A stretch of 58,423 bases of DNA. Source: Candidatus Poseidoniaceae archaeon (GTDB taxonomy: Archaea > Thermoplasmatota > Poseidoniia > Poseidoniales > Poseidoniaceae). Every line of letters starts with the position of its first letter. Position 1 is the first letter of the stretch. This document shows, piece by piece, positions 9,230 to 19,005 of this stretch. The notes beneath the pieces are model-generated. The model made no database searches. It saw nothing but the letters and a program-made list of their open reading frames with translations, and was not told the origin of the DNA. The DNA lies in NCBI GenBank assembly GCA_965662715.1, contig CBFIIS010000003.1, positions 1 through 58,423 on the forward strand, written 5' to 3'. A program made the translations under genes and the position numbers.

Positions 9230-10254
9230 TTGAATTCCCTCACGGTGTCGTTGATGCACGCATCAAATGAATGCCATTCCATGCCTAAGACTTGAGTCGC
9301 TTTTTCGGAAGAAAGGTTTGCATCACCTCGAAAGTAGCCTTTGACAGCCTTTCGGGTCATTCGTCTTGGCGCACCAAACCAACTCATCACCCAATCTTGG
9401 AACACAACGATTGACATCAATGGCACTGGAATGGCACGCTTTGGTGATTTTGTGTCTGGGTGGAGTTCCCGTATCCTACGACAGACTGCAGAAATGGTCG
9501 AATTGTTGTGGGGTGCAAGAATGAATCGACCTTGAGCTTCATCAATCTCAAACGCTTTTCTGTGAGCAACTGCGACATCGACGACATGGACGAAGGCCAT
9601 CGGAATCTTCGGTGCGGCAGGAAACAAACCTTTCATCGCATCGTCAAACCACTCGACACTTGGTGTTGGTTTCACAAATCCACCACCGAGGACCCCGCTT
9701 GGATTGATCACTCGAAGGTCGAGATTCAAACGCTCTGCGAGTTCCCAAGCTAATCGCTCTGATTCAGTTTTAGCAATGACATATGGTGATGAACGATCGG
9801 TCTGCCAATCGTCTTCAGTCTTTTCTCGCCCTTTTGGCATCGAACCCACAGCAGCAATACTCGAGGTGTAGACCACCCTTGATATCTCACATTTTTTAGC
9901 CGCATTTAGGATGTGCAGCGTTCCTTTGTTTGCCGTATCGATGATGACCGTTGAATCTCCACTCGTCGAATACACCGTGGCGGTGTGAAACACGCCTTGG
10001 CAGCCAGCCATATGATCTTCCCAACCATCAGCATCAAGGACGTCACCTTGGACAAGTTCCAACCTGTCCTCAACACCAAGCACTTTCGCATGTTCACGCA
10101 CGTGATCGACCTTTTTTGGGTCATTAAGGTCCCTGACTGACCCTTTGACATTGTAGCCATGAGTCAGCAAATCTTTGACGATATGGTTGCCAATATGCCC
10201 GTTAACCCCAGTGACGAAAATCGTCGTTCCGTTCGGAGTGATTGCTTCGCTCAT
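9226..10254 (-). CDS. NAD-dependent epimerase/dehydratase, dihydroflavonol reductase-like extended SDR
   Basis: VTGVNGHIG, VFHTA, VVYTSSIAAV, YVIAK, FVHVVDVA. Confidence 0.9.
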   Translation of the reverse strand: MSEAITPNGTTIFVTGVNGHIGNHIVKDLLTHGYNVKGSVRDLNDPKKVDHVREHAKVLGVEDRLELVQGDVLDADGWEDHMAGCQGVFHTATVYSTSGDSTVIIDTANKGTLHILNAAKKCEISRVVYTSSIAAVGSMPKGREKTEDDWQTDRSSPYVIAKTESERLAWELAERLNLDLRVINPSGVLGGGFVKPTPSVEWFDDAMKGLFPAAPKIPMAFVHVVDVAVAHRKAFEIDEAQGRFILAPHNNSTISAVCRRIRELHPDTKSPKRAIPVPLMSIVVFQDWVMSWFGAPRRMTRKAVKGYFRGDANLSSEKATQVLGMEWHSFDACINDTVREFK

Positions 10255-10320
10255 GGCCTTCCGAAACGCGCGAGTGTCTTAACCTTCAAGTGAAGCAGAC
10301 CTCACCGCAGGCTGAATCCG

Positions 10321-11808
10321 ATGCCACTCCGCCTGCACGATACACGTCGAAAAGGGAAAGTCGATTTCTCGACTATGGAGCCTGGCAAAGTTTCGATGTA
10401 TGTTTGTGGCGTCACTGTGTACGACAGATGTCACCTGGGCCATGCAAGATGCTATTTGGCGTTTGATCTGATCCATCGCTGGCTTGAATCATCTGGATAT
10501 GACGTGCACTATGTCCAAAACTTCACCGATATTGATGACAAAATTATCGTTCGAGCCAATGAATTGGATGGGGATTGGAAAGCGCTTGTCGACCGAAACA
10601 TCGAATCATATTACGAAGATATGGACGCACTCAACATTCTTCGGGCCGATGATTATCCTCGCTGCACCGATTATGTTGACGATATGATTCGAATCACTCA
10701 AGACTTGATTGACAAAGGAAATGCCTACCAAGCCAATGATGGCGTCTATTTCCACATCGATTCAGCTCCTGAAAAATATGGCGTCTTGACAGGTCAAAGC
10801 ATTGAAGCTGTTCGTTCAGGCGCTGGAGGTCGAGTCGATAAAACTGGCTCTGGTAAGCGAGATCACAAAGACTTCGCACTTTGGAAATCAGCCAAACCAG
10901 GTGAACCGACATGGGATTCGCCATGGGGGCCAGGCCGTCCAGGTTGGCATATTGAGTGTACCGCGATGAGCATGGATTACTTTGGTGCACAATTCGACAT
11001 TCACGGTGGAGGCCACGATTTGAGGTTCCCTCATCATGAAGCTGAAATTTTCCAAGGCGAATGTCACACAGGCTGTTCACCAGTCGTCCATCATTGGTTG
11101 CACAATGGCTTTGTCAACATCGATGGTGAAAAGATGAGTAAATCGCTTGGGAATTTTTGGACTATTCGAGATATACTCGAGAAGGTTGATGCCATGGTGC
11201 TTAGATTCGCGCTGATCAATGCTCATTATCGCTCTCCAATCGATATGAATGAGACCTTGCTCAAGAATGCAGAAAAGAATTACAATCGTGTCCTTGAGAC
11301 CTATGTTTCTGCACTGAAAGCACGAACCTCTGAACACCCTGTGGAATTGCCACATGCAGACATCACCTCGACCCACCCGCTTTCCAAATCACTTGGTTTG
11401 TTGGAAAAAATGGGTGAAGGTTTTGCTCGGGCGATGGATGATGATTTCAACAGCAGAGAGGCTGTGGCCAAAGTGCTTGGTGCAGTTCGTGAAATCTCCA
11501 AAGTGCTTGGTAGCGGGTTAGATGAGGCCGATCAGGATGCGTTTGCACATTACGCAGTGGATTGGCTTGAAGAGAGTGCAGGTGTTGTGCTCGGTGTGTT
11601 GCCAACAAGGGAAATGGCACTTGCAGAACCAGAAGCTGATCCGAGAAAGGAAGCCATCGCTGAACAGGTGGAACAATTGCTCCTTGAGCGAACAGAAGCT
11701 CGTAATGCAAAGGACTGGACTCGGGCAGAACAAATTCGCGATGAACTGAAGGCAATCGGTGTTGTCGTCACCGATTCAGCATCCGGCCCCACATGGGACC
11801 TTGCTTGA
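10321..11808 (+). CDS. cysS: Cysteine--tRNA ligase
   Basis: MYVCGVTVYD, HLGH, NFTDIDDKII, DFALWK, GRPGWHIEC, FPHHE, KMSKS. Confidence 0.98.
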   Translation: MPLRLHDTRRKGKVDFSTMEPGKVSMYVCGVTVYDRCHLGHARCYLAFDLIHRWLESSGYDVHYVQNFTDIDDKIIVRANELDGDWKALVDRNIESYYEDMDALNILRADDYPRCTDYVDDMIRITQDLIDKGNAYQANDGVYFHIDSAPEKYGVLTGQSIEAVRSGAGGRVDKTGSGKRDHKDFALWKSAKPGEPTWDSPWGPGRPGWHIECTAMSMDYFGAQFDIHGGGHDLRFPHHEAEIFQGECHTGCSPVVHHWLHNGFVNIDGEKMSKSLGNFWTIRDILEKVDAMVLRFALINAHYRSPIDMNETLLKNAEKNYNRVLETYVSALKARTSEHPVELPHADITSTHPLSKSLGLLEKMGEGFARAMDDDFNSREAVAKVLGAVREISKVLGSGLDEADQDAFAHYAVDWLEESAGVVLGVLPTREMALAEPEADPRKEAIAEQVEQLLLERTEARNAKDWTRAEQIRDELKAIGVVVTDSASGPTWDLA

Positions 11809-11811
11809 ATG

Positions 11812-14502
11812 TCACTCCTCTTCGCTGGAATCGCTTTTCGCCTTCATTGGCGGTGGTGCTGGAACAAATGTTGATTCGCTGAGTGATGGTTCGAGTTCAG
11901 TCTCATCCCAAATCTTCTCAATCGTTGCCTCTTCACTGAGGTTCAATTGGTCGCCACCTGTTTTGCTGATCAGGTATAACCCAACACCCATAACCCCAAT
12001 AATTCCAAACAAGAGCAAAATGATGTTTTGCCGGTCTGTTTCACCGCTTGCACCATCTGCATCGGTCATGCTGCCATCGCCAGAGTTCGGATTTGTCAAG
12101 CAAGGAGGGAGGGAGCCATCATCACAGAGCACAATCGTGGTACCATCACCATTCCCGTCTCCGCCAGTGGTGTCGCCAGTACCTGTGTTGTCTGTGTTAC
12201 CGCTGTTTCCAGTATTGGTATTATCACCATTGTTGTCATTGCCACCGGTGTTTCCACTGTTCCCGCCCGTTGTTCCATCGTCTTCTGGAAGCGTAATATC
12301 GGCTGATGTACGGTCGCCATCAGCGTCCATTTCAACCGTGTAATAATCGTAGAGTTTGCTCAAATCGATGTGGGTGTTGGCCCATGACGAGCTGTTGATG
12401 ACATTGAAATAGCGTTCATCACCAGTGGTGAAGATTGGATCTAATGTCATGTTTTTGAGATGGGATACACCATCACGATAATCGCCGTCAAAAGTCGTGT
12501 CAAGCCATGCTTGGACTTCCGAATCGCTGGTCATTTCAGACACCTCGGACCAGTGCTCACGAATGTCACTCAATTCGTTTCGCATGGCCATGGCCAAGCC
12601 CGCCTCAATGCTGGCAAAGGATTGGCTCCCATCAACAACAGATGTTGAGGTGATATCGACCACCTTCGAAACACCGCCACCTTCGATAACTTCCCAATCA
12701 TCACCCTTGAGTGCCGTCATGATGTCTTCATCGCCAAACAGGGCTTTGCCTTGAACCATGGTCAATCGCACATCCTCGTCAATGGCTTCGATAAGGTTGC
12801 GGTATGGGTCTTCGTGGAAGGTATCGATGACCACAAGGTCAGCGATCAGGCCTGCCTTGACTTGACCAACAAATGGATCCCATTTTGCGGCAGCAGCAGG
12901 ATTAGAAGTAACCATTTCTGCAAGCTCATAGTTGGAGAAATAGTTGTTCATAATTTCCTTATTCCACAAGTCTGCAACTTTGAGTTCGTGAAGGCTCGAC
13001 TTAGAACCACTTGGTCCCCAATCAGGTGCAATAGAAATTTTCACTCCAGCGCGGTCAGCAGCGCGCACATCGGTTGTGTTACCGTACAGAAGCAGGTTTG
13101 AAAGTGGCGACCAGACGAGTTTTGAGTCAACAGCAGCCATCTGTTCAAACTGCGATGGCAAAAGGGATGTGCCATGGATGACAACGGTTGGTTCAGCAAG
13201 AAGGCCCTTGCTGTTCAACAGATCAAATTCGTCTCTGCTGGTCTTGTCGACGCCTTCGGACAAGTGGATAAACCATGCCTCAAGATCTCCATCATTGAAA
13301 TCTGCAATTTTTCCTTCAGCGTTGTAGCTGGATTCATACCATCCACATACTGCACAAGTGACGATGTTGTCTTGGCCAAAGTTGTACAACTCGACGTTTC
13401 TTGAAAGCGTGCTGTCCCATGCATCGTTGCCAGATGGTGAGCCTTGCACAGCAGTGACGCCACCAGCAATGGCTTGCACTTCTGCGTACTTCATTTGCTC
13501 AGTAGCCATGCCCCAACGGTTGTTTTGTTGAACGTTATTTTTGTTCCAAGTGATGCTTGGTCCGTAATCGTAATTGTCACCCCATTGTCCTCGGTTGGTG
13601 TATCCACCTTCTGCAGACTTTTGATTTTCGTTAAGATGCACTTCAAAGTCCCAAAGTGGGATGTGATTGTAATGCATGTGGTTGTGCAGATCGATCAGGC
13701 CAGGATAAATTGTCCCGTTTGTTTCTAGGATTGGGACATCGGTGAGGTCGACACCGCTTGGGATGGTTGCTGCGTCAGACCACACACCGGTGATCTCACC
13801 ATTTCGGACCATGACGTTGCCTTGATTCAGCACATTGTTTTCGCCATCCATGGTCACAACTCTCCCTTTCAACAGGAAGGCATCATTTGACACTGGGTCT
13901 GGGATGTTGAAGCATCTGACGATGTTGATCGCAACATCAGAATCTGCGCCGCCGGGGCCCCAGCCAGGGGTGGGTGTGACCTTTTGCAACTCACCATTGC
14001 TGTCCTCGACATAGGACTGACCATACCAGGAATCCTTTGCCGGATAGGACATTGAATCCATTGCAGCACCGGTGTCGTCACTGATGGTTACAGTGTCACC
14101 GTCAAAGTAATCAAGCAAAATTCCTGAATCAGCACTGAACACGGAGATTCGCCCATCGGCAGGGATGGTTGTGTTCCATGCAAGCTGACATGGCGGGCTG
14201 CCGCTGGTCACAGAAAGTTGCCAGTCTGAGACATCAACAGGCGTTGTGCCGCTGTTCCAAATTTCGATGAATTGGTCAGAATACTTACCGTACTCGCCAT
14301 CGGCGTTCCAGTCAACTGCCCCGTAGACATTCTGAGAAGTCTCGTTCGAGACCAAGTTGTTCGGGCTGACAAACAACTCGGCGACAACGATAGAAGATTC
14401 TCGTCCCGAAGCAACGGCCGATTCCTCAGTTGAAGCAACTGACAATGTTGGCAAGAGCATGAGGGCGAACAGGGCGATGGCGACACAACGGGTCAGGCGC
14501 AT
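11812..14502 (-). CDS. Secreted, membrane-anchored metal-dependent amidohydrolase with N-terminal lamin-tail-like domain
   Basis: Signal peptide from ATG 14502 (MRLTRCVAIALFALMLL); LTD-like IVVAELF...DQFIEIWNSGTTPVDVSDWQL; PGLIDLHNH, HLSEG, IHG, APDW, GLIADLVV; G/N/T/D linker; C-terminal TM. Confidence 0.85.
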   Translation of the reverse strand: MRLTRCVAIALFALMLLPTLSVASTEESAVASGRESSIVVAELFVSPNNLVSNETSQNVYGAVDWNADGEYGKYSDQFIEIWNSGTTPVDVSDWQLSVTSGSPPCQLAWNTTIPADGRISVFSADSGILLDYFDGDTVTISDDTGAAMDSMSYPAKDSWYGQSYVEDSNGELQKVTPTPGWGPGGADSDVAINIVRCFNIPDPVSNDAFLLKGRVVTMDGENNVLNQGNVMVRNGEITGVWSDAATIPSGVDLTDVPILETNGTIYPGLIDLHNHMHYNHIPLWDFEVHLNENQKSAEGGYTNRGQWGDNYDYGPSITWNKNNVQQNNRWGMATEQMKYAEVQAIAGGVTAVQGSPSGNDAWDSTLSRNVELYNFGQDNIVTCAVCGWYESSYNAEGKIADFNDGDLEAWFIHLSEGVDKTSRDEFDLLNSKGLLAEPTVVIHGTSLLPSQFEQMAAVDSKLVWSPLSNLLLYGNTTDVRAADRAGVKISIAPDWGPSGSKSSLHELKVADLWNKEIMNNYFSNYELAEMVTSNPAAAAKWDPFVGQVKAGLIADLVVIDTFHEDPYRNLIEAIDEDVRLTMVQGKALFGDEDIMTALKGDDWEVIEGGGVSKVVDITSTSVVDGSQSFASIEAGLAMAMRNELSDIREHWSEVSEMTSDSEVQAWLDTTFDGDYRDGVSHLKNMTLDPIFTTGDERYFNVINSSSWANTHIDLSKLYDYYTVEMDADGDRTSADITLPEDDGTTGGNSGNTGGNDNNGDNTNTGNSGNTDNTGTGDTTGGDGNGDGTTIVLCDDGSLPPCLTNPNSGDGSMTDADGASGETDRQNIILLLFGIIGVMGVGLYLISKTGGDQLNLSEEATIEKIWDETELEPSLSESTFVPAPPPMKAKSDSSEEE
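12137..12283 (-). repeat. Gly/Asn/Thr/Asp low-complexity linker within the amidohydrolase
   Basis: DDGTTGGNSGNTGGNDNNGDNTNTGNSGNTDNTGTGDTTGGDGNGDGTT. Confidence 0.8.
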
Positions 14503-14525
14503 GGGGGATGCTTGAGGCCCAAGCA

Positions 14526-14565
14526 CATGAACTCGTCGGCACGGCAGAATGCGGTTGTATTCAAG
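14526..14565. promoter_or_regulatory. Divergent promoter pair: TTCATG (minus, 14531-14526) and TTCAAG (plus, 14560-14565)
   Basis: 23 nt before ATG 14502 and 24 nt before ATG 14590. Confidence 0.55.
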
Positions 14566-14589
14566 AACCTCCACCGTTGGGGGTCATAC

Positions 14590-14967
14590 ATGGCAGCAAT
14601 CAACTTGACCGAACCTGAATTTGCAGACACCGTCGAAAACAACGAAATTGTTTTGCTCGACTTTTGGGCGGAATGGTGTGGTCCATGCAAGGCATACGGT
14701 CCAGTCTACGAGCGTGTTTCAGAAGAGTTCCCTGACGTTGTTTTTGGCAAGATTGACACGGAAGCTGAACCTCAACTTGCTCAAGCATTCAACATTCGGT
14801 CGATCCCCACGACGATTGCTTTCAAAGAAGGCATCGGTGTGTTCATGCAACCAGGTGCTCTTCCAGAAGATGCACTTCGCGACCTTGTCACCAAACTCGG
14901 CACGCTCGATATGAATGAAGTTCGTGCTGAAATTGAATCCCAAAAAGACCAACAAAAGGCTGTTTAA
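14590..14967 (+). CDS. trxA: Thioredoxin
   Basis: LDFWAEWCGPCK, IRSIPT; start moved to MAAINLTE. Confidence 0.93.
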   Translation: MAAINLTEPEFADTVENNEIVLLDFWAEWCGPCKAYGPVYERVSEEFPDVVFGKIDTEAEPQLAQAFNIRSIPTTIAFKEGIGVFMQPGALPEDALRDLVTKLGTLDMNEVRAEIESQKDQQKAV

Positions 14968-15090
14968 TCACCAGTGGAAAAATCGGGTGAAGGATGCGGC
15001 AACGATGGCTGCTGTTGAGTGATATAGGGTATTTGCCACCTTCTTTGGTAGGCTAAGGCAAGAAAAGGTGTAATCCAAGAAACCAATGCG

Positions 15091-15096
15091 TTCAAA
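15091..15096 (+). promoter_or_regulatory. Putative TATA-position element TTCAAA
   Basis: 23 nt before ATG 15120. Confidence 0.55.
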
Positions 15097-15119
15097 AATC
15101 CCACAGGGTAGGACATGCC

Positions 15120-16928
15120 ATGCACCTGCGCTCATTATTCTTGGTATCGGTGATGCTCAGTGCTAGCCTCTCTGGTTGTTTTGGCGAGCAGCAAATCGAT
15201 GACGGTGGCATTGAGGCTCCGTATGAATTCTATCCCGAACCTTGGGACCGCACCGACATGAACTACGATGATTCCGATGTTTTTGCCCGAGTAACGATGA
15301 ATGGTTCGTATGGCATTGATGCGGTTCGGTCTGTCTTTGTACCCGTCCCTACAATCACTGCAGCTGACGGTGGTGCTGGGCTGACCGGTAATGCAGAAGT
15401 CCACCTTGGGCTATGGCTACCAGTGATTGAAGGGTGCGATTGGGAAGCTGGAAATGTTTCCGAGGCGTGTCAAGTTCCTGTCATTGCTGAAGTCGGCCCG
15501 TATTACAACGATGGCGATGTTGACGCGCTGACTCCTGCGGACCGTTTGGGTCGAATGTTGATCGAAAATTATGTGCCCCACGGATATGGCGTTGCCCAAG
15601 TATCAGTGTTTGGCACTGGTGAATCAAACCACTGTATGGACCTCATGGGCACAGATGAACAACGTGGCATCGATGCAGCAGTCACTTGGCTCGGCAGCCA
15701 GGGCTGGTCAAATGGGAACGTTGGTCTCATCGGCAAATCATATGATGGCTCCACTCCATGGCAGGCAGCCACCTTTGGCAACCCTCACCTTGCCACCATC
15801 GTTCCAATGTCAGGTCTGATTGGCGTCCATGAACTCATGTGGAGAAATGGAAGCATGGAGGCTCGTGGAATGATCATGCACAACGGTGTTTACGGCTCGT
15901 TTGGTGTAGACGGTGATGCGGCAGATGCTGAGAATGCTTGTGAGGGATACATGGAAGGCTACTTCAACGGGCCAGCCGCTTATCTCACGGGTGGGATGGT
16001 CGAATACGGAGGCAATGATTACTGGACTTCCCGTTCCTTCCTCGACCGTGTGGTGAGCAATTACAATGGCTCAGTGTACATCATTCAGGGCATGCAAGAT
16101 TGGAACGTTGACCCGCACATGGCTTTCCCAACTCACCAAATCATAGAAGATGCTGGAATTGAAGTCAAAACCCTTGCAGGCCAATGGGCTCACGATTATC
16201 CAGATCGAAAATCTGGTCATGAGTCACTGCCTTCTGGTGAAGGTGCAGAAGCCTACCCGTACACCCTTCGTTGGGACTGGGCTGACGAGATGTTGTATTG
16301 GTTCGACTGGTACCTCAAGGGCGAAGGTCGGGCACCGACCCTTGGCGTTGAAATGCAAGACAACCGCGGAGGATGGAGGTTCGAAGCAACATATCCTGCA
16401 GAGGATACAGAGTACCTGCTCATTAACGCAGCAGAACTTAATCCAAGCAGTGCGGGTATGGTCACGACAACTGAAACAATCACACTCACCTACGGGCCGT
16501 TTGAGCAAGACGCCTACATCGCAGGGATGCCTTCATTCCACATTGCAGTCACACCCCATACGACAAATGGAGCACACGCCTTCCTTGAGATGAGCGATTC
16601 TTCGGGTATGCGTCTTGGTCATGCAGTTATGGACTTCCGCTTCGCCGATGGAGGGCGCGATGGAAACGAACTCATGGCTGCCTTTTCGACCGTGACAGGT
16701 AAGATGGAATTCATGCCGATGGATGTGTTCATCGAAGCCGGTGAAACCATTACCATCACCATGACTCAAACAGGCATGGACTACGTGCCATCACCTGCGG
16801 CAGCTGGCGGCTACAGTGTGAATTGGGCAAATTCGGAATTGACACTACCACTTGTGTACCGAACATGTGAAGACCTGTTCCAAGCACCTTTGCATGCCTA
16901 TGGGGAAGAAGCAGGGCGTGTGTGCTGA
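15120..16928 (+). CDS. Lipoprotein, CocE/NonD family serine hydrolase (Xaa-Pro dipeptidyl-peptidase-like, S15)
   Basis: Lipobox LSGC; GNVGLIGKSYDG nucleophile motif; QGMQDWNVDP; GQWAH. Confidence 0.88.
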   Translation: MHLRSLFLVSVMLSASLSGCFGEQQIDDGGIEAPYEFYPEPWDRTDMNYDDSDVFARVTMNGSYGIDAVRSVFVPVPTITAADGGAGLTGNAEVHLGLWLPVIEGCDWEAGNVSEACQVPVIAEVGPYYNDGDVDALTPADRLGRMLIENYVPHGYGVAQVSVFGTGESNHCMDLMGTDEQRGIDAAVTWLGSQGWSNGNVGLIGKSYDGSTPWQAATFGNPHLATIVPMSGLIGVHELMWRNGSMEARGMIMHNGVYGSFGVDGDAADAENACEGYMEGYFNGPAAYLTGGMVEYGGNDYWTSRSFLDRVVSNYNGSVYIIQGMQDWNVDPHMAFPTHQIIEDAGIEVKTLAGQWAHDYPDRKSGHESLPSGEGAEAYPYTLRWDWADEMLYWFDWYLKGEGRAPTLGVEMQDNRGGWRFEATYPAEDTEYLLINAAELNPSSAGMVTTTETITLTYGPFEQDAYIAGMPSFHIAVTPHTTNGAHAFLEMSDSSGMRLGHAVMDFRFADGGRDGNELMAAFSTVTGKMEFMPMDVFIEAGETITITMTQTGMDYVPSPAAAGGYSVNWANSELTLPLVYRTCEDLFQAPLHAYGEEAGRVC

Positions 16929-18920
16929 TCACTGAAACATCGTCAAGATGTCTCCGAACAAGGCCTTTGCGTGACCATCGCTCCGCTCCACTAACCTCTT
17001 GACAATGAGTTCAGGTGTTGAACGGGCCAAATGATTCCGTTTCGGTGTTCGATCAACCATTAACTCAAGATCTGCATCAAGGCCCTTTGCCTCGATGCCA
17101 TCCACACGTAGGTCATCCCTTCCGGTTGCTTCCAAAATTGCCGGTGCAAGGTGGGTGACCAGCATCATTGTTGTATCGTTTTGAGCTTCAGCTGCAAGCA
17201 GCATGCCTGCGATGATTCTTGCTCCAGCACCTGGTTCTGTGATGGCTTCAAGTTCATCAGCCAAAATCAACTTCGGCGTAGGGTCGCTGACCACAGTCGC
17301 CAACTCGACCAATGTCTGTTCCAACGCACCCGCACTTTGAGTTCCACCCGCTTTCGCAAGAATGTGAAGTGCTTCAACCTGTCCGACAACAGCATGGCTT
17401 GCCGGGACCGGTAGACCCATGTGTGCGAGAATGCAAGTATGGGCCAACAATTCCAGCAATGTGGTCTTACCACCGGAGTTTGCGCCAGTGAGCAGAGCGA
17501 GTGATTGTTGATCGTTGTTCATAGCGCATCGCCCCAAGCCATAGGTGACAGCATCTGCTTCAACGCCTAGAAGGAGATGCCGACCATCCTCAATGTGAAT
17601 GCCGTGGTCAGAAAGTTCAGGCATGGTGCAACCGTGTTCTTTTGCCCACCTTGCGACAGCAACCCACTGGTCAAGTTCGATGAGGTCACGAATAGCATGT
17701 TCACACTTAGGCTGCAGTGGGCCGAGGTTTTTGGCAAGAGTCAACATTCGCTCGGTTTCACCCGATGCTAGGTTTACTGAGAGTGCATGGTCGAGTTCGT
17801 CAATGACCTTGCGATCGATTTTAGCAGGCCAATTTTTTGTAAAAATGGAGTAAGGTACTCGAACGCCAGTCCCCTGAAGTTCTTCAGCAAGTTTTTGTTT
17901 TGCTGCCTCCATTGCATCGGCAATGACGTCACTTGTAGCTTCCTGGAGTTTTCTCTGGAAGGCAGCACCGTCGGAAAGTGCTTCGAGTAACTCGGTCCCA
18001 CTGAGATTCATTTTAGCGTTGTTCATTGCGTCTGTGACCTCTTCATTCACCTCAGCTTCAAGCGATTTCATAATCTTCCATAGTCGGTCTTTGACGTCAG
18101 CAATTTTTTCCAAATCGCCTTGCTGGTCGATGTTTTCCAGCCATTCAGGTAGCCGTTCAAGGCCGCGCACTGTAGCGTGTATTTGCCCAAGAAAAGCATC
18201 ATTCTCATCGCCATCCATGGCGTCTTCGATCAGTGACACGAGAACTGAGAGTTGACGCTGATTATTCCTGAACCAATCGATGGTTCGCTCAGGGATGACC
18301 ATCTCAGGTGCGGGGTCATTTCCGAGCACGACCCAACCTTCGGGTGCTTGTGCAGGGCTGCCGCCGCCGATCCAAGTGACGAGTTTGAATACGGTGTAAT
18401 CCTTCCACGTCTCACCCTCGCCTGGTTGGAGAACCCTGCACCATTTTTTGAGGTGGTCCAGTGACCTCTTGCTGACCACAACGCGTTCATACCGTTCACT
18501 GCTGTGACGGGTTTGACCGAGACCTTTCAACATCGAGGCAAGGCGTTCCATTCGTTCTGGGTGTTTCATGGCAAAATGAATGGCTGCACTGGATTTTTCA
18601 CGGCGCATTGTGGGATCCTCAACCGGCATCAGTAACTGCATTCGCTGTCGTGTTGCAGATGCAGAGGCATAGCCTTGAATGTGCTGAAGTATGTCCTTGT
18701 GCAATCGTTGCGCTTCTTTTGTAGCAAGAAAGGAGCCAGAGTCACCCGCTACCATTCGGGCCAATGAAAGCGCTCGTTTTGGTGAAACGCCATCGATTTC
18801 AGCGACACGAGCAATATCGCCACATCGCAATGATGCTAACGCCTCGTGCTCACCCCCGAAATGTTCGGTGATTTTCTTGGCCAGTCGTTCGCCCACGCCG
18901 GGTAATGTACTCAGAACCAT
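16929..18920 (-). CDS. Archaeal MutS-family ATPase (MutS5/MutS2-like) with N-terminal helix-hairpin-helix
   Basis: LPGVGERLA and IDGVSPKRA HhH motifs; LTGANSGGKTTLL; LADELEAITEPGAG; VTHL. No mismatch-binding or Smr domain seen. Start 18920 or 18929. Confidence 0.85.
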   Translation of the reverse strand: MVLSTLPGVGERLAKKITEHFGGEHEALASLRCGDIARVAEIDGVSPKRALSLARMVAGDSGSFLATKEAQRLHKDILQHIQGYASASATRQRMQLLMPVEDPTMRREKSSAAIHFAMKHPERMERLASMLKGLGQTRHSSERYERVVVSKRSLDHLKKWCRVLQPGEGETWKDYTVFKLVTWIGGGSPAQAPEGWVVLGNDPAPEMVIPERTIDWFRNNQRQLSVLVSLIEDAMDGDENDAFLGQIHATVRGLERLPEWLENIDQQGDLEKIADVKDRLWKIMKSLEAEVNEEVTDAMNNAKMNLSGTELLEALSDGAAFQRKLQEATSDVIADAMEAAKQKLAEELQGTGVRVPYSIFTKNWPAKIDRKVIDELDHALSVNLASGETERMLTLAKNLGPLQPKCEHAIRDLIELDQWVAVARWAKEHGCTMPELSDHGIHIEDGRHLLLGVEADAVTYGLGRCAMNNDQQSLALLTGANSGGKTTLLELLAHTCILAHMGLPVPASHAVVGQVEALHILAKAGGTQSAGALEQTLVELATVVSDPTPKLILADELEAITEPGAGARIIAGMLLAAEAQNDTTMMLVTHLAPAILEATGRDDLRVDGIEAKGLDADLELMVDRTPKRNHLARSTPELIVKRLVERSDGHAKALFGDILTMFQ

Positions 18921-19005
18921 GACCCCCATCGTTTGTCAAGGGCTTTTGAGGATATTGCTCCCAGTTACCACTTTTGTCGCAAACTGAATGCGTTTTCGCA
19001 TTGGC

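Noticed and set aside
14968-15039. Possible 23-codon minus-strand ORF (VANTLYHSTAAIVAASFTRFFHW) or small RNA in the trxA-peptidase gap
   Set aside because: No convincing start signal, structure or recognisable motif
16926-16931. TGA read-through or selenocysteine at TGATCA junctions
   Set aside because: Proteins appear complete at these stops, and the following bases belong to the convergent gene
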